Source: a virus. From it: a DNA stretch of 64,000 nucleotides. Below the pieces are notes generated by a model. It worked only from the letters and a program-made list of their open reading frames with translations. It was not told the DNA's origin and did no database searches. The number at the start of each line of letters is the position of its first letter. Position 1 is the first letter of the stretch. Shown here piece after piece: positions 9,882 through 18,960 of this stretch. The translations under genes and the position numbers were made by a program. The DNA lies in IMG/VR virus record IMGVR_UViG_3300026484_000333, positions 1 to 64,000 of that record; one strand, 5' to 3'.

Positions 9882-10802
9882 TTATTTTAATTTATAAAAC
9901 ACCTGTTCTTCTTTGGTAGGATAGTATAGCCTATCAAAAAGCTCTAAACTATCCTCAACTATTTTATCTGCACTCTTTGTAGGTTTAACTGCAATTTGTT
10001 CTTTCACCTCTTTTTGTTCATCCTCTTCTAAATCCTTAAACTCCAAAGGCTTAAACAACATCATATTATACCTAAACATTTCATCTAAATCAACAAACTT
10101 GTCGGGTATTTTATATCGGTTTTTCTCAACTAAATCAGCCAACCTATTCTTAATACAAGCTAATTCTCCCTTGCATTCGTTATAAATTTTCATATAAGAT
10201 TTATGACCCAAACCTTTCAACCCTTTTATATTCTCCTTCCCAACACCACAAAAACAATCTTCAACAACTTTGTCAAAACCTAATTTATAACCAAATTCCT
10301 GTTCTAACTCGCTTGAATGTAACAATTTGCCTCTATTTAAATGATAAAGCCACTGATTGCCCCAATTAGTGTTCATTTCATTAAAAAATTTGAGCCAATC
10401 ACTGTCACTTGTAAAATAAATAAGATTATCCCCTATAAGATAATCAGTTAGAACACTTGCTAAATCATCAGCCTCTAAACCCTTGACTGCTACAACCCTG
10501 CCAAAATTTCTTAAATAATTTTCAAGTTTTGAATAAAACTCATTTAATTTTTTAACCTTTATTTCGTAAGCCTCTCCTTGTTTTTTAATTAAATCTTTTC
10601 TCTGTGCTTTATATTCAGGTGCAATTTTAACTCTTTTACTTTGCCCTTTATCCATAACAAAAATAGGAATAACTTGATTGCCAAATTCTGTATTTAACAT
10701 TCTTTTAGCAATCAAATCGGTAAATTTCAACAAATTTGTTTCTTTTCTATGAAACAAATAATAAACCACAAGTTTACTGTCAATTATTAATACATTTTTC
10801 AT
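9882..10802 (-). CDS. 5'-3' exonuclease / flap endonuclease (T5 D15-like)
   Basis: LIID, PEYKAQR, LEADD, TSDSDW, NIKGLKGLG H3TH motif. Confidence 0.9.
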   Translation of the reverse strand: MKNVLIIDSKLVVYYLFHRKETNLLKFTDLIAKRMLNTEFGNQVIPIFVMDKGQSKRVKIAPEYKAQRKDLIKKQGEAYEIKVKKLNEFYSKLENYLRNFGRVVAVKGLEADDLASVLTDYLIGDNLIYFTSDSDWLKFFNEMNTNWGNQWLYHLNRGKLLHSSELEQEFGYKLGFDKVVEDCFCGVGKENIKGLKGLGHKSYMKIYNECKGELACIKNRLADLVEKNRYKIPDKFVDLDEMFRYNMMLFKPLEFKDLEEDEQKEVKEQIAVKPTKSADKIVEDSLELFDRLYYPTKEEQVFYKLK

Positions 10803-10804
10803 TT

Positions 10805-11152
10805 TTAACCCTCTAAATCATTAAAAGTTTTAAGAAGAGTAGCAATATAAGCTAAATAGTGCGTCTTATCAACATTTTTTAATACCTCAATTAGTTTAAC
10901 AGTAGAATCAATTTTTACATTTTCCATTTCCTCTAAAAAAACAGCAAAACTGCTTACTAAATTTTCATTTTTATCTGCTATATTTGTAAATAAAATTAGT
11001 AAAGCAACTGTATCTTGCTCTAAAACAGCTTTATTAAACAATTCACGATTTGTTTGATATTGCTCTACTAAATTATCAAACTTTTCTTCACTAATACCAT
11101 AAACTTCCCAGATTTTTTCTGCATTTAAGTTTACTACTTTTAAATCTCTCAT
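10805..11152 (-). CDS. Hypothetical protein, first gene of the early nucleotide-metabolism operon
   Basis: AAGGAG RBS directly after a sigma70 promoter. Confidence 0.75.
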   Translation of the reverse strand: MRDLKVVNLNAEKIWEVYGISEEKFDNLVEQYQTNRELFNKAVLEQDTVALLILFTNIADKNENLVSSFAVFLEEMENVKIDSTVKLIEVLKNVDKTHYLAYIATLLKTFNDLEG

Positions 11153-11182
11153 TTTTCTCTCCTTTGTTTTATTTGCATCAAA

Positions 11183-11211
11183 ATTATAAAATATTTTTTA
11201 CGAAAAGTCAA
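11183..11211 (-). promoter_or_regulatory. sigma70-type early promoter
   Basis: TTGACT-N17-TATAAT. Confidence 0.75.
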
Positions 11212-11252
11212 TATAAAATACATAGATTATCATATATTAGTCTAATATAAAG

Positions 11253-11274
11253 AAATCCCTAAATTTAGGGATTT
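11253..11274. terminator. Palindrome, probable terminator of the late operon
   Basis: AAATCCCTAAATTTAGGGATTT, a perfect 22-bp palindrome downstream of ruvC. Confidence 0.55.
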
Positions 11275-11281
11275 TAAAAGG

Positions 11282-11333
11282 ATTTTTGGTTGGATATAAA
11301 TAAAAACTTTAAGGCTCCGGACACTTTTGGACA
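11282..11333 (+). repeat. Dispersed intergenic element, copy 1 (core only)
   Basis: TTTTTGGTTGGATATAAATAAAAACTTTAAGGCTCCGGACACTTTTGGACA. Confidence 0.9.
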
Positions 11334-11341
11334 AAAATTAA

Positions 11342-11821
11342 TTAGTTTAGAAGTCCATATAAAGCAAGAGCATAAGCATCAACTAAATCGTCTATTTTTT
11401 TATATTTATCAGAAAATCTTTTTATAATAAGCTCGGGAGTATTACTAATCATATCTTCTTTTTTAGCTCTTCCATTTTTAGTATAGAATTTTTTTAAAGT
11501 AGTTGGCGGAACTAAAACGATTTCATAATGTTTTTTAAGGCTGTAATAAACACTGCCAAGTAACATTGCTAAATCTACGACTTTGCCCTTTGAATGTAAA
11601 GAAATATCCTCTATAACTATTTTTGTAAAAACGTCTCTATGCTGTCTTATATATTTTTTAACTTCTCTACTAACAATATAAGCTCTTTCTTTAATATCTT
11701 TATTTTCGGGGGAAATTAATTTAAAATCTAATAAACCTCCAGAATTCGACAAAACCACAATTCCTGTATTTGTAGTAGATAAATCAACACCTATATAAAA
11801 ATATTTTTGTTGATTATTCAA
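11342..11821 (-). CDS. ruvC: RuvC-like Holliday junction resolvase
   Basis: IGVDLS..TG, IVIED, PTTLKK..G.A.K, DDLVDA motifs. Confidence 0.88.
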   Translation of the reverse strand: MNNQQKYFYIGVDLSTTNTGIVVLSNSGGLLDFKLISPENKDIKERAYIVSREVKKYIRQHRDVFTKIVIEDISLHSKGKVVDLAMLLGSVYYSLKKHYEIVLVPPTTLKKFYTKNGRAKKEDMISNTPELIIKRFSDKYKKIDDLVDAYALALYGLLN

Positions 11822-11823
11822 AT

Positions 11824-12063
11824 TTAACTCCCATAACTATTATCATAAACTATTTTAGCTTTTCCCCTTGCTTTTACATAAACTTTTTGAGTACCTGTGT
11901 ATTTAAAAAAATCTCCTACAATATAAGAATCAACACTATCATCATAAGCAGGGTCGTTGTCTCCTATAAAAACTAAAACCTCTCCTTGTTGAACTTGAAA
12001 AACACAAGCACCCGCCTTTAATAATTCCCAATTATCGCTTGTTAAAATTTTTGAAACAGTCAC
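11824..12063 (-). CDS. Hypothetical (virion-associated?) protein
   Basis: AGGAG RBS, GTG start, inside the late operon. Confidence 0.65.
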   Translation of the reverse strand: MTVSKILTSDNWELLKAGACVFQVQQGEVLVFIGDNDPAYDDSVDSYIVGDFFKYTGTQKVYVKARGKAKIVYDNSYGS

Positions 12064-12073
12064 TTTAAACTCC

Positions 12074-12415
12074 TTACACTAATTCTATTTGTAAATTTCC
12101 ACCATCTACATAGAGTCTGTATTTTTTAGTTGTATCACTTCTATCAACTAAAACTAAACCTTTTGTTTCATCTATATAAACTATATCTTCATTAACTTGT
12201 GTATTTGATAAATTACTTAAATCATTAGAAGCCAATCCTGCATTTTCACCTTTTGTTTTAAAATCTGTATCAGAAACATTAGATAGGTCTTTTTCTGCCT
12301 TATTATCAACTGTTGAAATTAAACTATTTAACATTTCAAAGTTATTATTACATATAATTCTCCAAGTTTTACTCCCTGCCTCGATTGTCTCGACATTATT
12401 AGATAAAATTGCCAT
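12074..12415 (-). CDS. Hypothetical tail-associated protein
   Basis: A..DLSN repeats typical of fibre proteins; late operon. Confidence 0.6.
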   Translation of the reverse strand: MAILSNNVETIEAGSKTWRIICNNNFEMLNSLISTVDNKAEKDLSNVSDTDFKTKGENAGLASNDLSNLSNTQVNEDIVYIDETKGLVLVDRSDTTKKYRLYVDGGNLQIELV

Positions 12416-12417
12416 TT

Positions 12418-12834
12418 TTAACCTTTCTTAATTAATTTTTGAAAATGACAAGTATCAGGTGTTTTCCAGAAACCACCCCATTTATTTAACGGGCTTAAAC
12501 TTTCCCAATAGTCACCAAAAACATCCAAATCTTTTTTATCATAAGTTAACATATATTCTCCTTGTACAGGTTTAAAAAAATTCAAATCAATTGCTAATCT
12601 TTGTAAATGTTTAGAACTTTTTGTCCAACTTACTTTCTTATCTTTCACTAAACAAATAGGTTTATCTGTATTTTCACATTCTTTTACTCTATAACCATAA
12701 TAATATAACAATTGCATATCATAAGGTCTATATAATTCACCACCTGTAACTATCCAACCTTTTTCTTGAACAAAATTTATCAATTTGCTTAAGTCTCTTA
12801 AAAAGTCATTTTGAATATAAATTAATTTTCTCAT
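12418..12834 (-). CDS. Endolysin, peptidase M15 family
   Basis: R..SKHLQRLAIDL and WGGFWKTPDTCHFQ zinc-peptidase motifs. Confidence 0.88.
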   Translation of the reverse strand: MRKLIYIQNDFLRDLSKLINFVQEKGWIVTGGELYRPYDMQLLYYYGYRVKECENTDKPICLVKDKKVSWTKSSKHLQRLAIDLNFFKPVQGEYMLTYDKKDLDVFGDYWESLSPLNKWGGFWKTPDTCHFQKLIKKG

Positions 12835-12844
12835 TTAGTATCCT

Positions 12845-15061
12845 TTATAATAAAATAGCTTTTATTTTGTCACTTTTATAATCATTTTTATAAACAGATT
12901 CAACATATATATCGTTTAAATTATGCCCTGAAACATCAATAGTTATTGTTGTATCATATCTATCAGGAGTATATGTTGCAAATTTTGTATCTCCCTCATA
13001 AATATTAAACTGTAGGTAGTCTTCAGTTTGAGCTTCAGCGTCTCCTGCCACAACATCATCAGCAGATTGTAAATCTCCACTTAAAACACCTCTCAAACTA
13101 TAAGAAAAATACAATTTTCCCTCTGAATTTTCTACAAAAGGATTGACAGGATTAAAAGGTCTAAAAACATATTCATCACTGATAGTTTTTTGTAAGTTGG
13201 CGTTTGGAGATTTATTATATAAATTTTTAAAATAAAAATCATAATCTAAATCAAATTCTTTAGTGTTAATAATTTGGGCATTAGAAAAATAATCAAAAGT
13301 TATCCAAACATTACTATTTGCAGGATGATTTAATTTATGTCCGTTTAATCCCCTCATAATTCCTTTCAGAGTAAAAGTATTTGTATTACTATTATAAATA
13401 AGAGTTTTTATAGAAAACAATTCGCCATTAATTATCATTCCTATTTTTATTTTTTGCCATTCTTCATCTGATAAATCATAACTAAAAGTATCGCCTTGTA
13501 CATTTTTTATAATTATTTCCAAATCTCTATCAAAGTCTTTAATATAAGGTAAATCATCTTCTAGTTCACCATAAGTAAAAAGACTTGAATAATAAATATT
13601 TCCTGTTTTATTATTTTTCTCTCCTACACTATTAATAATAGCGTCAGTATTTCTGGCACACACAGGTAAAAGAGCATAAACTCTTTCACTGTTATTAGGG
13701 TCTAAAAATAAATTATTTAAAGCTATCATATCATAGTGTTCAGGAGCATCAGTTAAAATATAACTTTGTACTGTAGTATTTATACTACTTTTATATAATC
13801 CTGACATATTTGGTACTCTATAAATGTCTTCAATAGCCTCAATTTCAACATAAGATTGATATTCTTTGTCTCCCCCTATTTTTATTATTCTAAAATACAT
13901 TTCAGGAATATTTAATTCATCGCTTTTTATTTTTATTAATTTTCCTATATGCAAATCAGGAAAATCCAAGAAATTTAATTTACATTTTAATGTAGATAAA
14001 GGTTTACTGTTTTTTTCTACTATTTTATTTGCAATTTTACTCATTGTTTCTTCATTACTAATTAATTGAAAAGTATATGTTTTTGGTTTTTCATAACCTA
14101 AAATATTTATTAAAGCGTCGTTTTTGATAGTAAAACTGTTAGTATTACCTGTTTGTAAATCAGAAAATTTAAAAGTTAAAGTTGTAAAAACATTAGACCA
14201 ATCTCCTGTTTTAATAGAAATATCAGTTGCATTATAATCATTAATTTCATAAGCTACACTATCATCTTTTCTAATTAAATAAATTTTCCATTTACCATCA
14301 ATAATAGAGTAATATAAAGTTCCATCTATAACTCTTAAAACTTCTTTAATCCAATCTGTAACAGGTTTTTCTGTTGTCATAATAAAAGAAACGCCTATGC
14401 CTTCATTCTTACAGACATCAAAAGCTTCTTGAAAACTTGTCTCATCAATTTCAGAAGCAGGTATGTCAATAAAAGTCCTTAACAAATCATATATAACTGC
14501 AACAGGATTAATATCATAGCCTATTTTTGCATTTAAAGTGTTTAAATCATTTCCGGAATAAAAAGCACTTTTTAAAACCCAGCGACTCAATCTGAATTTA
14601 TAATTGGGTACTTGGGTGGTATTATCTCCTACAAAAGCATCTTCAAAGACAGCACAACAAATATCATTAATTTTAATTCTATCTAACATAGGATAATTAA
14701 AAGAGACTGTGTCTGACCTGCTTGATACAGGATAAGAAAGACCTTTAACTCTACTTGAAGAGGAATTTAAGCTGTTTGTATAAATTTTTACATAAGATTT
14801 TTCACTATAATCAGAAGAATATACATCTCCTTTTTTTCCTGTAACAACTTGTAATTCATATAACCCATCTTCTGGATTATCAATTACTAAAGCTCCTTCA
14901 TTTATATTGCCATTTCCATCTTCATTTTTTAAAAAATCAATATTATCATTCCAACTATAGCCAGATAACATATCACAATTTTCTACCAATGCATACACCA
15001 TTGATAAGGCATAACCATAACCTACTTTCTGACAGCCTCCTCCTCCTTTTCCACCACCCAT
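12845..15061 (-). CDS. Tail tip / baseplate hub protein (Phage-tail_3-like)
   Basis: MGGGKGGG start, DINPVAVIYDLL, GVSF..WIKEVLRVIDG, INGEL..RG..H typical of this family. Confidence 0.8.
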   Translation of the reverse strand: MGGGKGGGGCQKVGYGYALSMVYALVENCDMLSGYSWNDNIDFLKNEDGNGNINEGALVIDNPEDGLYELQVVTGKKGDVYSSDYSEKSYVKIYTNSLNSSSSRVKGLSYPVSSRSDTVSFNYPMLDRIKINDICCAVFEDAFVGDNTTQVPNYKFRLSRWVLKSAFYSGNDLNTLNAKIGYDINPVAVIYDLLRTFIDIPASEIDETSFQEAFDVCKNEGIGVSFIMTTEKPVTDWIKEVLRVIDGTLYYSIIDGKWKIYLIRKDDSVAYEINDYNATDISIKTGDWSNVFTTLTFKFSDLQTGNTNSFTIKNDALINILGYEKPKTYTFQLISNEETMSKIANKIVEKNSKPLSTLKCKLNFLDFPDLHIGKLIKIKSDELNIPEMYFRIIKIGGDKEYQSYVEIEAIEDIYRVPNMSGLYKSSINTTVQSYILTDAPEHYDMIALNNLFLDPNNSERVYALLPVCARNTDAIINSVGEKNNKTGNIYYSSLFTYGELEDDLPYIKDFDRDLEIIIKNVQGDTFSYDLSDEEWQKIKIGMIINGELFSIKTLIYNSNTNTFTLKGIMRGLNGHKLNHPANSNVWITFDYFSNAQIINTKEFDLDYDFYFKNLYNKSPNANLQKTISDEYVFRPFNPVNPFVENSEGKLYFSYSLRGVLSGDLQSADDVVAGDAEAQTEDYLQFNIYEGDTKFATYTPDRYDTTITIDVSGHNLNDIYVESVYKNDYKSDKIKAILL

Positions 15062-15071
15062 TTAAAATCCT

Positions 15072-15305
15072 TTAACTACAGGCTTTGATTTCTAAAGAAA
15101 TCAAATTATTATAATATAAAATATTACCTGAAACCCAAGATGTTCCATATAAAACAGGGACACTCCGCGAGTTAGAGTTTGTTGGAAAAGTAAAGTCGTT
15201 CAGACCAGCTTTTTCTGCGTTTGCATCCATATTAGGAGTAGGTACTAATAAATACACTAACAACAAAACAACAGTTACCACTACTAATAAAGTTATTGGG
15301 TCTAT
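15072..15305 (-). CDS. Small tail-tip assembly protein (probable ATA start)
   Basis: Hydrophobic N-terminus, DFTFPT..VPVLYGT..GNILYY motif; GGAGG 5 nt before an in-frame ATA. Confidence 0.7.
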   Translation of the reverse strand: MDPITLLVVVTVVLLLVYLLVPTPNMDANAEKAGLNDFTFPTNSNSRSVPVLYGTSWVSGNILYYNNLISLEIKACS

Positions 15306-15315
15306 TTTCTCCTCC

Positions 15316-16056
15316 TTAAAAACCTGATGTTGATATATTTTTTTGCGGTATAAAAGGAAAACCACCAAAATTATCCAAATTATTGTATTTTTCGCAACTA
15401 TCAGTGGTTTTACTACAACCATAATATACTGTTATATTATTTATATCGGTAAATAAAAGAGGTTTCAATAGCGTAATTATACCATTAGTTTTATCATAAT
15501 CGACAATATATTGGGTTTCATTTTTACTTGTAACTATATAACCTGAAACCAAATCATATTCTCTATTTTTTAATAAATTCGATTGTATATTAAAACCTTC
15601 TACAGAAAAAGTGCCGTTATCTAATAATATTTTAAAATCCTCTTGATTTAAACCACAATTTTCATCACAAAAATTAAAACTACATAATTTACTATAACTT
15701 CTTTTTGGTACAGTTACTTCTTTTAAATTATACTTTGACCCTATTGAAACTTTTACTTGTCTTTTAGTATAATCAAAATCACAACTAATAACTACACCTT
15801 TAAAAAAAACAAAACCCGCAGGATATTTTATTATTTTTATTTCTGGTAAAGAAACACTAGGGTTTGTCACCATATAAGCAAAGGGTTTTGTGTCTATAGG
15901 TGCAGTTATAATTGCACCATTCATATCAATATCTAAATTAATTTCATTTCTTTCTATCGGAACAGGAGTATAATGCTTTCCATTAAAGTCCACAGGCTCT
16001 GCTCCTGAAGTATAATAATAATATTTATTCATAAAATTAAGTTCATACAATTCCAT
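15316..16056 (-). CDS. BR0599/DUF2163-family tail protein
   Basis: CxxxxCxxxCGL and GC.K....C..YNN..NFGGFPFIP motifs. Confidence 0.85.
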   Translation of the reverse strand: MELYELNFMNKYYYYTSGAEPVDFNGKHYTPVPIERNEINLDIDMNGAIITAPIDTKPFAYMVTNPSVSLPEIKIIKYPAGFVFFKGVVISCDFDYTKRQVKVSIGSKYNLKEVTVPKRSYSKLCSFNFCDENCGLNQEDFKILLDNGTFSVEGFNIQSNLLKNREYDLVSGYIVTSKNETQYIVDYDKTNGIITLLKPLLFTDINNITVYYGCSKTTDSCEKYNNLDNFGGFPFIPQKNISTSGF

Positions 16057-16059
16057 TTT

Positions 16060-16710
16060 CTATCCTTTAGTATATAGACCTAATTTTTCATAGTGTGCAA
16101 CTGTTATTTCTCTAAAATTAAAATTCACTTTTCCACGAAATAAATCAATAAATTCAAAAGTCAAATCATCTCTGCCTAATCTTCCTAAATGCGAAAAACA
16201 AATATTTTTACAATTTTCCTTTGTTAAATCTACAGGTAACGGGTCTTCTAAAATTATCTTTCCCATCTTTTTATAAGTAATTTCATTTGAATAAGCCTCG
16301 TCAACAGCTTTTATAATTTTTGTTATAAAACTTATTTCAGGAATATAAATGAAAACAGGACGCAAAGGAAGAACGTGGTTTAGTATAGGCATTTCTACCC
16401 TTAATGTTGTACTTCCTACATTAGCATTTTCTAATAAAATTATTTCATTAACATAACTATAAAACCAGAATAAGCTATTCATACCTTTCATTTGCAGAAA
16501 AAATTTTCTAATATTATCCATTTCTTCATAAGTATCAAATTTTATATCAACATTAGTTGTATAATACTCACTTTCATTATACAAATAATAATTATAATTA
16601 TAAGGTTTTCCTAAAATAATTCTATTGTGTGATATAGAATTATTTATTTTATCTAAAGGTAAAAACTCAAAAGGAAAAAGAGGATAACTTTTATATTCTA
16701 TTAAACTCAT
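16060..16710 (-). CDS. Putative distal tail-like protein
   Basis: FF..MKG...FW motif; tail-tip operon position. Confidence 0.55.
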   Translation of the reverse strand: MSLIEYKSYPLFPFEFLPLDKINNSISHNRIILGKPYNYNYYLYNESEYYTTNVDIKFDTYEEMDNIRKFFLQMKGMNSLFWFYSYVNEIILLENANVGSTTLRVEMPILNHVLPLRPVFIYIPEISFITKIIKAVDEAYSNEITYKKMGKIILEDPLPVDLTKENCKNICFSHLGRLGRDDLTFEFIDLFRGKVNFNFREITVAHYEKLGLYTKG

Positions 16711-17951
16711 ATCAACCCTTTAATAGGATTTACCGAACTCAAAAGCACATTATAATTATTATCATTATTATCTCTGTCTATAGAAGAATTAGATTTTTTC
16801 ATAACTTCAATTGCAGGAACAACTATTTGCCCTTTTTCATATAAAATTAATCCGTCAATTTCAATCATATTTGGCGGAATTATATTTTTAACATCTAGTA
16901 TGTATGCTTTAGTCTCGTCTTCAATTAAAAATACTTTGTTAAACTCTAATGTTTTTGGTATTTTTTCAACTTTTATTATACTAGTTCTTCCCGTTTTAAT
17001 AATTGTTTTTGTTGCTTCAGACCATAAAGGGAAATAATTTAAAAATCTTTCTGTTAGTATGTTAACATTCTCTAAAAATTTATGCTTATATAATTCCAAG
17101 GAAGTAAAAGAGGCATTAAAATTTATTTTTGGATTTTCCATTGTTAAATAAGAAGTTTCAACACCATTAATACTTTTAAAAAGTAAAGTATTAAAAAAGT
17201 AAGTTTCTGAATAAGTATTTTTATCAGGATACAAAACAAAACTGTTTGCCATAGGCATTCTTTTCAAATATATTTGGTACTTAATATAAAATTCTTTACC
17301 TCCAACAGAAACTTTAATTCCAACCCACCAACCATCTACAAATTGATATAAACTATTAACATCTACTACTAATTTAAAGCATAATTTGCCTCCCGCTGGA
17401 ATGACATCTCCCACTTCAATATCTTCAAATTCAATACCAAATAAAGAGTTTAATTCTAAAATTTCTACATCCTCGTTATAACTAGAAATTAAACAATAAT
17501 CAATTATAATTTTATTATAAACCGATGGATTAAAATAAAAAAAGGTAGTGGCATTTTCCCAGAAAGTATTTTGAGAATTATTATAAACCAACCAAAGTAG
17601 TTTATCAGTAAAAACTTTTGCTTTTCCTTCTGTACATTTACCTTCATTTTTACTAATACCAAAATTTTGTAAAAGAAACTTGTTGCCACTGAAGATTATA
17701 GGTTTTGTTTTTTGGGGAAAAACAATATCTTCAATAAAATAATTAACATAATAAGAACAACCTTGCTGAATACTTTTATTATTACAGAAAACAGTATTTT
17801 GGTTATACGCAGAAAAAGCTTTTAAGACTAAATAAGAAACATTTTCATTAATCTGCTCTGTTTCATTATTATAAACTCTTGCTTTTATGGGAACATAATT
17901 CTTATCTAGTATAGAGGCTTGTTCTTGGACATATTTATAAATTGTTCCCAT
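16707..17951 (-). CDS. Tail structural protein; N-half is a paralog of 30095-31084
   Basis: MGTIYKYVQEQ versus MATIYKYIQEQ; similarity runs to IYLKR/LCLKR. Confidence 0.7.
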   Translation of the reverse strand: MGTIYKYVQEQASILDKNYVPIKARVYNNETEQINENVSYLVLKAFSAYNQNTVFCNNKSIQQGCSYYVNYFIEDIVFPQKTKPIIFSGNKFLLQNFGISKNEGKCTEGKAKVFTDKLLWLVYNNSQNTFWENATTFFYFNPSVYNKIIIDYCLISSYNEDVEILELNSLFGIEFEDIEVGDVIPAGGKLCFKLVVDVNSLYQFVDGWWVGIKVSVGGKEFYIKYQIYLKRMPMANSFVLYPDKNTYSETYFFNTLLFKSINGVETSYLTMENPKINFNASFTSLELYKHKFLENVNILTERFLNYFPLWSEATKTIIKTGRTSIIKVEKIPKTLEFNKVFLIEDETKAYILDVKNIIPPNMIEIDGLILYEKGQIVVPAIEVMKKSNSSIDRDNNDNNYNVLLSSVNPIKGLI

Positions 17952-17961
17952 AAACTAAATC

Positions 17962-18957
17962 CTAATATTTTTCTGAAATAATTTCAAAATCCTCTTCAGG
18001 AATTACTAAAGCATAATTGTATTTACTATAAAGGTCATTGACTTCAGGGAAAATATAACAAAGTTTTTGATTCCCTGTTTCATCTTGAATATTGACTACA
18101 TTAGGATGATAATAACTACTATAAGAATAATTTTCATAGCTATATCCTATAAATTTCCACTCATTGACAGAGGAATCTAAATTAGTATCAACAAAAAATG
18201 CAATAGGACTTGCACTTATACTTCCATTTGGTTGTGGATAATGCCTAAAACCAACTGATTTATCTACATCAAGTTTGTGTTTTCTTGTAAAAATACCCTC
18301 ATCAGTATCTCCCCACCAATAACCATCATAAAAGACAAGAGCTTTATCTGATGTTTCGTGAAAACCATTTGTTATATACATCCCTCCATTATCTTTATCA
18401 AGAGAATTGAAAATTTGAAATTTAAAAGGTTTATTAAAATAAACATAATCTTTTTTTTGAAAAAGAGTAGCTTCAAAATAATAAGGAAAAGTAAAACTAA
18501 TACTAAAATCAGTAATTAATAAATTAACTAAAAAGTTACTATAAATCTTTGGTTGAGGATTATAAGGAAAATTAACCATATTAGTTTTAAATGTTTCACA
18601 GTTAGTTCCATCACTAATTGCACCTTCTTGTTCACATAATTCTTTAGTATTGTCATAACTTTTACAAGGCATAAACTGTAAATACTGTTCATCATCACCA
18701 CTATCATAATAATATTTAAAAACCAAATGTGGCTCATAATTTAATCCGCTAATCTTATTCTTGGCAACCAATAAACTAATTCCGTTTCTTCCCCACTTAT
18801 CTGTTGCAGTTTGTGTATCAACTATCTCCCAAGCATTTGTATTATAATTAAATGCTTTATATAATTCATTTAATATGCTCCAATTTTCTTCTGGATTAGA
18901 TACTACACTATCTAACCCTATTGTCATATCTAGACTTTTAAAAAATTGTACCTTCAT
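17962..18957 (-). CDS. Virion structural protein
   Basis: Position in the operon following the tape measure gene. Confidence 0.6.
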   Translation of the reverse strand: MKVQFFKSLDMTIGLDSVVSNPEENWSILNELYKAFNYNTNAWEIVDTQTATDKWGRNGISLLVAKNKISGLNYEPHLVFKYYYDSGDDEQYLQFMPCKSYDNTKELCEQEGAISDGTNCETFKTNMVNFPYNPQPKIYSNFLVNLLITDFSISFTFPYYFEATLFQKKDYVYFNKPFKFQIFNSLDKDNGGMYITNGFHETSDKALVFYDGYWWGDTDEGIFTRKHKLDVDKSVGFRHYPQPNGSISASPIAFFVDTNLDSSVNEWKFIGYSYENYSYSSYYHPNVVNIQDETGNQKLCYIFPEVNDLYSKYNYALVIPEEDFEIISEKY

Positions 18958-18960
18958 CTT

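Noticed and set aside
15306-15422. N-terminal extension of the small tail-tip ORF
   Set aside because: Overlaps the upstream gene by over 100 nt; the RBS points to ATA 15305
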